Part shown: one piece after another, positions 16,844-22,191 of the stretch
Layout of the letters: each line of letters begins with the position of its first letter
Position numbering within the stretch: the stretch's first letter is position 1
NCBI GenBank assembly: GCA_949841225.1
Contig: CATKYY010000002.1
Location: 25,357 to 49,356 of the forward strand
Length of the DNA stretch: 24,000 bases
Origin: an uncultured Acetivibrio sp.
GTDB lineage: Bacteria > Bacillota > Clostridia > Lachnospirales > Lachnospiraceae
Direction: 5' to 3'
Position numbers and translations under genes: made by a program
The notes under the pieces: generated by a model
The model's input: only the letters and a program-made list of their open reading frames with translations
The model's database searches: none
Told to the model about the DNA's origin: nothing

Positions 16844-17908
16844 CTAATATTCTAATATTTCCCCATAAACCTTTTCATTCATATCCTTAGCAAGCTCACA
16901 AATCAGGCGGATACACGCCTCTACGTCATCTGCGTGAATAATGCTGTGATTTGTATGCATATACCTGATAGGAATTGACAAAGTCATATTCACAACTCCC
17001 TCAAATGCCTTATGGATATTTCCAGAATCCGTTCCGCCCATATTAAATATTGCATATTGATGCTCAATATCATTCTTTTTGCAAATCGACTCAACATACC
17101 TGACAAGTCCCCGCGGGGCAATAGAGTTAGAATCAATCATTGACAGCACTACGCCTTTGCCCAAAGAGCAAATATTATGGTTCATCGGCGTATCGCCAGC
17201 TAAAGTAGTATCAATAGCAAAGGCAATATCTGGATACACCGTCTCTACAGCCGTCCTGGCTCCGCGAAGCCCCGGCTCTTCCTGAACTGTATTCGCCAGG
17301 TACAGCGGCGTATGCTCTTCCTTTTCCAGTCTTTTAGCGGCCTCTATCATAATATAATTGCCAATACGGTCGTCAAAGGCCTTACAGGAGATATATTTCT
17401 GATTGTTCATAACCTCAAAATGGGCTAATGGGGCTACCATATCCCCAACCTGAATTCCCAGGTCCAGCGCCTCCTGCTTGCTTCCAACGCCCAAATCCAG
17501 ATACACGTCTTCAATAGAAACCGTTTTGTTCCTGGTTTCCGCAGGCAGCCCATGCGTTGCCATGCTGCCCATCAGAGCATGGTATTCCCTTTTATCTCTT
17601 GTTACAATAGTATACCACTGCCCTAAAACCATATGGCTCCACCAGCTACCGATTGTCTGTACCTTAATAAATCCATGGTCGTCAATGCTTTTTACCATAA
17701 ACCCAACTTCATCCATATGGGCTGCAACCATCATCTTAGGTCCGCTGTGATTGGTACATTTACTAGCGATTACACTGCCCAACCCATCTCTTTCACATGG
17801 AAGGTTAAGAGCCTTATATTCTTCCTCCAGAATATTTCCAATTTCCTGTTCAAAAGAGGAAATACCATAGGCAGAACATATTTTATCTAATTTTTCTAAA
17901 TTAATCAT
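16844..17908 (-). CDS. M42-family (TET/FrvX-like) aminopeptidase with an intact metal site
   Basis: All five M42 ligand blocks are present: AAHMDEVG, KAFDDRIGN, VQEEPGLRGA, AFAIDTT, RYMHTNHS. I set the start at ATG 17908 (MINLEKLDKICSAYGISSFE). It aligns with the N-terminus of the upstream paralogue, lies 1 nt after that gene's TGA, and has GGTGAT upstream. The track start at 17935 would overlap by 26 nt. Confidence 0.85.
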   Translation of the reverse strand: MINLEKLDKICSAYGISSFEQEIGNILEEEYKALNLPCERDGLGSVIASKCTNHSGPKMMVAAHMDEVGFMVKSIDDHGFIKVQTIGSWWSHMVLGQWYTIVTRDKREYHALMGSMATHGLPAETRNKTVSIEDVYLDLGVGSKQEALDLGIQVGDMVAPLAHFEVMNNQKYISCKAFDDRIGNYIMIEAAKRLEKEEHTPLYLANTVQEEPGLRGARTAVETVYPDIAFAIDTTLAGDTPMNHNICSLGKGVVLSMIDSNSIAPRGLVRYVESICKKNDIEHQYAIFNMGGTDSGNIHKAFEGVVNMTLSIPIRYMHTNHSIIHADDVEACIRLICELAKDMNEKVYGEILEY

Positions 17909-17909
17909 T

Positions 17910-18926
17910 TCAATCACCAAACCCAAATTCAGCAAGCTTTTTAGAATTTATTGTTTCTAAATAAGCGGCCAATGCATTAACTAAAGCATCCACGTCCTCT
18001 GCCCTGCAGATTTCATTTGCGCTTCCCATATTATCTACTGCAATGCCCACGCTGATTGCAGGGGTTCCCTTTAACGTCTTATGAATAAAAGAACCGTCGT
18101 TTCCAGTCAGACCAAAATAAGCCTTTGTTTCCACTTCTTTTGCAAAATCCTTTAAAAATACCTGGGACGGCAACATCTGGCGGTCATAATAACCAAGAAC
18201 AACGCCGTCTCCCGGATGCACCTTTTTCTGCGCTGTATCAAAGCCTGTCAGAGCAATAGCGGCATCCGGCTTAATTACATAGGTTGCCGTTTTCGTTCCT
18301 CTGTACCCAATAACAGACTGTCCAATACACCCGGCAGCAATATGGAAATCAAATTCTTTATCTTTTATCTTTTCCATAAGCTCCAGCGTAACCTCATTGA
18401 AAACACGAGGGAAAAGAGCCTTTGACATAATAATTCCGTTATTTTCATTGAAATTATTTCCATAAGCTACCAGGTCTCCCGGATGAAGCAGCTCCTTCAT
18501 CTCATCATACTTCAAACCGCACTCAATTACCAAGTCGTCTGCGCTCTTGATTTCACACTTATCTTCCAGCGCCTTTTTCCCCGTAGTAATTACGCCGTCT
18601 ACATAGGTATTCTCTCTTGTCAGTATCCGCACGCGCTGATGCAAAAGAGAGCTTGGCGAAACGCTTTCCAACTGAATGAATGCAAGAGTTCCATTGTCCT
18701 TTACTTCTGAAACCATAAGCCCTACTTCGTCCAATGCAGAAGCGATCATCAATGTCTGCGCCGTTTCATTCTTTGACCTTTTGAATGCAAAAACCGAGCC
18801 CAGCCGATCGCATTTTATTTCATCGCATAAAGGCTCATAATCTTTTTGAAGCGTTCTTCCAATCATATGCTCCGCGCTGCTGACCCCAAAACTATTACAT
18901 AATTTTTCTAATCTCTTGGTATCCAT
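17910..18926 (-). CDS. M42-family paralogue with all five metal-ligand positions substituted (probable pseudo-peptidase subunit)
   Basis: 338 aa, colinear with the downstream M42 (MDTKRLEKLCNSFGVSSAE vs MINLEKLDKICSAYGISSFE). The ligand blocks read ASALDEVG (H to A), KALFPRVFN (DD to FP), GQSVIGYRG (EE to SV), AIALTGF (D to T) and VDNMGSANE (H to G). The SD AAAGGAG precedes ATG 18926. Confidence 0.75.
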   Translation of the reverse strand: MDTKRLEKLCNSFGVSSAEHMIGRTLQKDYEPLCDEIKCDRLGSVFAFKRSKNETAQTLMIASALDEVGLMVSEVKDNGTLAFIQLESVSPSSLLHQRVRILTRENTYVDGVITTGKKALEDKCEIKSADDLVIECGLKYDEMKELLHPGDLVAYGNNFNENNGIIMSKALFPRVFNEVTLELMEKIKDKEFDFHIAAGCIGQSVIGYRGTKTATYVIKPDAAIALTGFDTAQKKVHPGDGVVLGYYDRQMLPSQVFLKDFAKEVETKAYFGLTGNDGSFIHKTLKGTPAISVGIAVDNMGSANEICRAEDVDALVNALAAYLETINSKKLAEFGFGD

Positions 18927-18941
18927 AATTCTCCTTTTTTT

Positions 18942-18970
18942 AAAAGGCCTTATTAAAAATAAGGCCTTTT
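18942..18970 (-). terminator. Intra-operon 11-bp perfect hairpin; weak terminator, attenuator or processing/stability element
   Basis: AAAAGGCCTTA (18942-18952) is the exact reverse complement of TAAGGCCTTTT (18960-18970), with a 7-nt loop. It lies between the GrdB-like gene stop (18975) and the SD of the first M42 gene. Only a 4-U tract is available on the sense RNA. Confidence 0.4.
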
Positions 18971-18974
18971 ACAT

Positions 18975-19499
18975 TTAATAACAAACTCGGTTTTTAATGC
19001 TCTCAAGATCGCTCGAATTTTCAACCATGCCTGTAATAAGGTCGCATAAATCTGAGAAACTGTCATTTAAGCCGGTTCCTCCCTTTTTCGGCATTTTAAC
19101 AATAGGAGTTTTGTCTTTATAATTTTCAATTGTGTCTGCATTTTCAACCGACATCATAGCGCAGGACTTAAGATCCGTGTTCTCTGAAATGGACGCGGAA
19201 ATCATAGCCGCCATTTTAGCATAATCAGGGAAGTTAAAGCATGGGCCGCATACAACAAAGTCAGGGTTTACCTTCTTTGCCATAGCTGTCATTTTCTTTA
19301 TAACCTCTTCCTGGTTGTTTAAGAAATATTCATTACCGCAATATAAAGTAGCAGCAACTGTAGCTCCGATTTTAGCAAAATGGGATTCCAGCATCAACGC
19401 TGAACCAATACCGCCCTTTACAGCAGTCAATCCAACATTTGGATTTGTTTTTCCTCCGGCTCCAGCTAAGCCTTGATCAAAAATCAATACTATTTTCAT
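18975..19499 (-). CDS. Stand-alone homologue of the N-terminal domain of glycine/sarcosine/betaine reductase component B (GrdB-like); function unknown
   Basis: 174 aa. MKIVLIFDQGLAGAGGKTNPN...GIGSALMLESHF...ATVAATLYCGNEYFLNNQEEVIKKM...NPDFVVCGPCFNFPDYAKMAAMISASI parallels my recollection of GrdB N-termini (VVHYINQFFAGIGGEEKAD...GPGMALQ...IVATVICGDSYFNEN...PDLFIAGPAFNAGRYG). There is no in-frame TGA. I set the start at ATG 19499, 2 nt after the EIIC TGA; the track uses TTG 19505. Confidence 0.45.
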   Translation of the reverse strand: MKIVLIFDQGLAGAGGKTNPNVGLTAVKGGIGSALMLESHFAKIGATVAATLYCGNEYFLNNQEEVIKKMTAMAKKVNPDFVVCGPCFNFPDYAKMAAMISASISENTDLKSCAMMSVENADTIENYKDKTPIVKMPKKGGTGLNDSFSDLCDLITGMVENSSDLESIKNRVCY

Positions 19500-19501
19500 A
19501 A

Positions 19502-20854
19502 TCAATCCAACCCCAAATCATCAAATGATAAATCGTCAATTTCGTCTGTCTGTCCTTCCAGCGCACTTTCCTCATCTAAATACTTCTTATCCAGCAGCTT
19601 GAAGAATGGGTAGTAAACTAAAATATCTACTACTAACTGAACAATCTGGACAAGAGAGCCCATTACGCTTCCTGTTACCAGGAAACCGGATGCGATGATA
19701 GGAGTCGTCCATGGAAGCTGAACGCCTAATGTGATTGGCATAATACCTACAACAGTAGCTAAATATGCAATAATTGTGTTAATAACTGGCACCAGGATAA
19801 ACGGAATTGCCATCAATGGGTTTAATACCATTGGCAGACCGAAAATAATCGGCTCATTAATTCCGAAGATACCTGCCGGCAATGACAGCTTTCCAAGAGT
19901 TTTCATACGGTTTGACTTTCCTAAGAACGCCATCATGATAACCAGGCCCAGAGTACTTCCGCCGCCGCCAAAGTTACAGAAGAAATCTGAGAAACCAGCT
20001 GTAAAGATGTTGGTCATTTCCAAACCAGCCTGAGCTGCTTCATAGTTTTCAACTGTCAGTACCTTATGTATAGGAGCGAAAATTGTATTGGTTACGGCTG
20101 GTCCGTTAATACCGAAAAACCAGAACAAGGTGGATAAGAACTGATAGATTACTTCAAATCCTGCCAACTTACCTAAACCAACCAATGGAGCCTGCAGTAC
20201 CTGATAAATAAAGTAATGTACATATTTGTAGCTTGTGTGGTCGAATATAATACCAATCGCAAAGAAGATAACCATTGCAATCGCAGATGGTATCAATGCT
20301 GCTAAAGATTCCATTACTGCAGGAGGCACGCCTTCTGGCAATTTAATAATCAATTTCTTCTTAATAGCCCAGGCATAAATCTCAACAGATATAATTGCAG
20401 TAATCATCGCAAGGAACATACCTGCAGTTCCTAAGAAAGTGAAAGTAAATCCACTAACAGAGCCTGCTTCTGCAGCGCCTTCTAATTCTACGATAGTTTT
20501 CTGTGGAGTAATAATCAAGAAACATACTAAAGCTACAACTCCGCCGCCGATTCTGTTTTCCAAGCCTTTTTCACGGGCATAACAATAACCAATACTCAAT
20601 ACGCCCAGCAGAGCAACGCAGTCAAAAGCAATCGCTGTTACCCTTCCCATGTAAGCGTCCCAGCCTTCTCCAAAAATAGAGGTCATGAAGTTTAAAAAGC
20701 CCTCTATTGGGAAGTTAGAAATTAACAGGAAAATAGAACCAACAATGGTAATTGGGACAGTAATCAAAAATCCGTCTCTAATCGCAGATAATACCTTATT
20801 CTTTGACAGAATATTTGCAACAGGCATTAAAAGCTTTTCAAGTTTCTGCATCAT
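19502..20854 (-). CDS. PTS EIIC, lactose/cellobiose/chitobiose (Lac) family
   Basis: 450 aa and polytopic. The Lac-family EIIC signature GINEPIIFGLPMVLNP resembles ChbC/CelB ITEPVIFGLPIVMNP. An acidic C-terminal tail (DEESALEGQTDEIDDLSFDDLGLD) is present. Confidence 0.9.
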   Translation of the reverse strand: MMQKLEKLLMPVANILSKNKVLSAIRDGFLITVPITIVGSIFLLISNFPIEGFLNFMTSIFGEGWDAYMGRVTAIAFDCVALLGVLSIGYCYAREKGLENRIGGGVVALVCFLIITPQKTIVELEGAAEAGSVSGFTFTFLGTAGMFLAMITAIISVEIYAWAIKKKLIIKLPEGVPPAVMESLAALIPSAIAMVIFFAIGIIFDHTSYKYVHYFIYQVLQAPLVGLGKLAGFEVIYQFLSTLFWFFGINGPAVTNTIFAPIHKVLTVENYEAAQAGLEMTNIFTAGFSDFFCNFGGGGSTLGLVIMMAFLGKSNRMKTLGKLSLPAGIFGINEPIIFGLPMVLNPLMAIPFILVPVINTIIAYLATVVGIMPITLGVQLPWTTPIIASGFLVTGSVMGSLVQIVQLVVDILVYYPFFKLLDKKYLDEESALEGQTDEIDDLSFDDLGLD

Positions 20855-20857
20855 AAA

Positions 20858-21181
20858 TTAATTCCCTCTACTTTCTTTGTAAATCTTCAGTGCCTTTTTC
20901 AGAACTCTCTCGCCGTCTACGTTACCATAGTCAACGCTATCAATAACGGTAACAACATGGTCCTTACTATATCTTTCAGCAACCTTCTCATAAAGATGCT
21001 TTACCTGCGGCCCTAACAGAATTACTTCTGGATTGAATTCATTTACAATATCACCCATGTTGGCCTCAGAAAATGCCTTTACCTCCAAATCCAGCTTATG
21101 CGCGTCAGCAACTTTCTGCATTTTGCTTGCTAACAAACTTGTAGACATTCCAGCGCTGCAAAATAAATAGAATCTTTTCAT
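20858..21181 (-). CDS. PTS EIIB, chitobiose/cellobiose type
   Basis: MKRFYLFCSAGMSTSLLASKM matches E. coli ChbB HIYLFCSAGMSTSLLVSKM, including the phospho-Cys. LLGPQV and VIDSVDYGNVDGERVLK also parallel ChbB. Confidence 0.92.
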   Translation of the reverse strand: MKRFYLFCSAGMSTSLLASKMQKVADAHKLDLEVKAFSEANMGDIVNEFNPEVILLGPQVKHLYEKVAERYSKDHVVTVIDSVDYGNVDGERVLKKALKIYKESRGN

Positions 21182-21200
21182 TGCTCTCTCCCTCCTTCCC

Positions 21201-21509
21201 TTAATTTTTATTTTTGTATAACTCGATCAACTCTGCAACTAACAGCTTTGCTGTTTCTGCAGCCATTAATTGATCTTCCGCGTGCATTAACAGCAGGCAC
21301 ATTTCTGTTTTCTCTCCGCCTGCCTCTTTAGAAATCAAATCCGCATGCTGCTTATGTCCGTTTGCATAGCATTCATCTCCATGCTTCATTGTTTCCGCAG
21401 CCTTCTCAAAATCTCCTTTCTTAGCGCATTCCAGGGCGTTGATATAATCGCTCTTCGCCTCCCCGACAGCGGAAATAATTTTAAAGCAAATTAATTCCAT
21501 TTCTTCCAT
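21201..21509 (-). CDS. PTS EIIA, lactose/cellobiose/chitobiose type
   Basis: 102 aa of helical-bundle type. ...AKKGDFEKAAETMK...LLLMHAEDQLMAAE...AELIELYK parallels E. coli ChbA (QAKQGDFAAAKAMM...LVLVHAQDHLMTS...TELIELHEK), including the phospho-His. Confidence 0.9.
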   Translation of the reverse strand: MEEMELICFKIISAVGEAKSDYINALECAKKGDFEKAAETMKHGDECYANGHKQHADLISKEAGGEKTEMCLLLMHAEDQLMAAETAKLLVAELIELYKNKN

Positions 21510-21523
21510 AAGTATATACCTCC

Positions 21524-22084
21524 TTAAATTTTTTTATTTTCAATTACTTTACTGCGCGCCAAATAATCATGGACCGCCATATTGCTTTTAAATACCAGGA
21601 TCGCCGACACCGTCAACATTCCTGAGCTTATATAGTTTAATGCTTTTCCAGCCATGTCGAAGGTCAGCATAGAAACTATCTGCGTAAAATAATTACCGGT
21701 AAGCATAAAAGCTCCCTCTAAAAGCATAACTCCTGCAAGCTGTCGTATAGCAAGCTTTCCAGTGGAAAGCGGCTGGCCATTCTCATCAACAATCTTAATA
21801 CCCATAAGTTTTTTCCCTACTGTCTGGCCTTCCCATGCCCATAAAGGAATAATATAATAGTATACAGCGCCAAACAATAGTCCCAACAAGCCCGCCAACA
21901 ATCCATAAGGACTTTTAAATAAAGTAAGATCCGTATTGATTGCCTCTTCTCCTGTCAGCATATTCCATAAAAGACCCGCCGGTATTGTACTGAAAGCAGA
22001 CCCCAGATACCAGTCGATTAAAAATGCAAAGCCCCTTTTATTCCACGGCGCAAATGCTGCTTTCAATTTCGTTTGTTTTTTCAT
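21524..22084 (-). CDS. RDD-family membrane protein; first gene after the regulator
   Basis: 186 aa. WNKRGFAFLIDWYLGS and GQTVGKKLMGIKIVDENG are typical RDD-domain blocks, and there are 3-4 TM segments. Confidence 0.65.
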   Translation of the reverse strand: MKKQTKLKAAFAPWNKRGFAFLIDWYLGSAFSTIPAGLLWNMLTGEEAINTDLTLFKSPYGLLAGLLGLLFGAVYYYIIPLWAWEGQTVGKKLMGIKIVDENGQPLSTGKLAIRQLAGVMLLEGAFMLTGNYFTQIVSMLTFDMAGKALNYISSGMLTVSAILVFKSNMAVHDYLARSKVIENKKI

Positions 22085-22127
22085 ATTTTACCCTATTTCT
22101 GCGCTGCTTTCTGAACACGACGAGTTT
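22085..22127 (-). repeat. Conserved pre-start leader element, copy C (upstream of the RDD gene, i.e. of the PTS operon)
   Basis: Sense strand: AAACTCGTCGTGTTCAGAAAGCAGCGCAGAAATAGGGTAAAAT|ATG. The AAGCAGCGC part (complement of 22101-22109) pairs perfectly with GCGCTGCTT (complement of 22133-22141), giving a 9-bp stem with a 23-nt loop. Confidence 0.6.
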
Positions 22128-22157
22128 GTAGCAAGCAGCGCGTAGCACAAATCTCGG

Positions 22158-22180
22158 GATTGAAAATTAAATTTTCAATC
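22158..22180. promoter_or_regulatory. Perfect 23-bp palindrome GATTGAAAAT-TAA-ATTTTCAATC between the regulator and the PTS operon; candidate operator
   Basis: The 10-bp arms are exact reverse complements (22158-22167 and 22171-22180) with a 3-bp spacer. On the minus strand it contains TTGAAA, which with a 17-nt spacer and GAGATT (complement of 22150-22155) forms at best a weak, activator-dependent-looking promoter. Confidence 0.4.
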
Positions 22181-22191
22181 TTAGCCTTATT

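Noticed and set aside
18975-19499. Possible selenoprotein (in-frame UGA with SECIS), given the GrdB relationship.
   Set aside because: The ORF has no in-frame TGA and ends with TAA. The region homologous to the Sec-containing part of GrdB is simply absent.
13558-22127. Reading the conserved leader copies as promoters, either sigma-A (-35 TTGTAA/TTGTTA and -10 AGAAAT) or sigma-54 (GGCA..).
   Set aside because: The putative -10 (AGAAAT/GGAAAT) matches only 3 of 6 consensus positions. A start 7 nt downstream would remove the SD. There is no TGGCAC-N5-TTGC arrangement, and the regulator has no AAA+ sigma-54 activator domain. An RNA-level role fits better.
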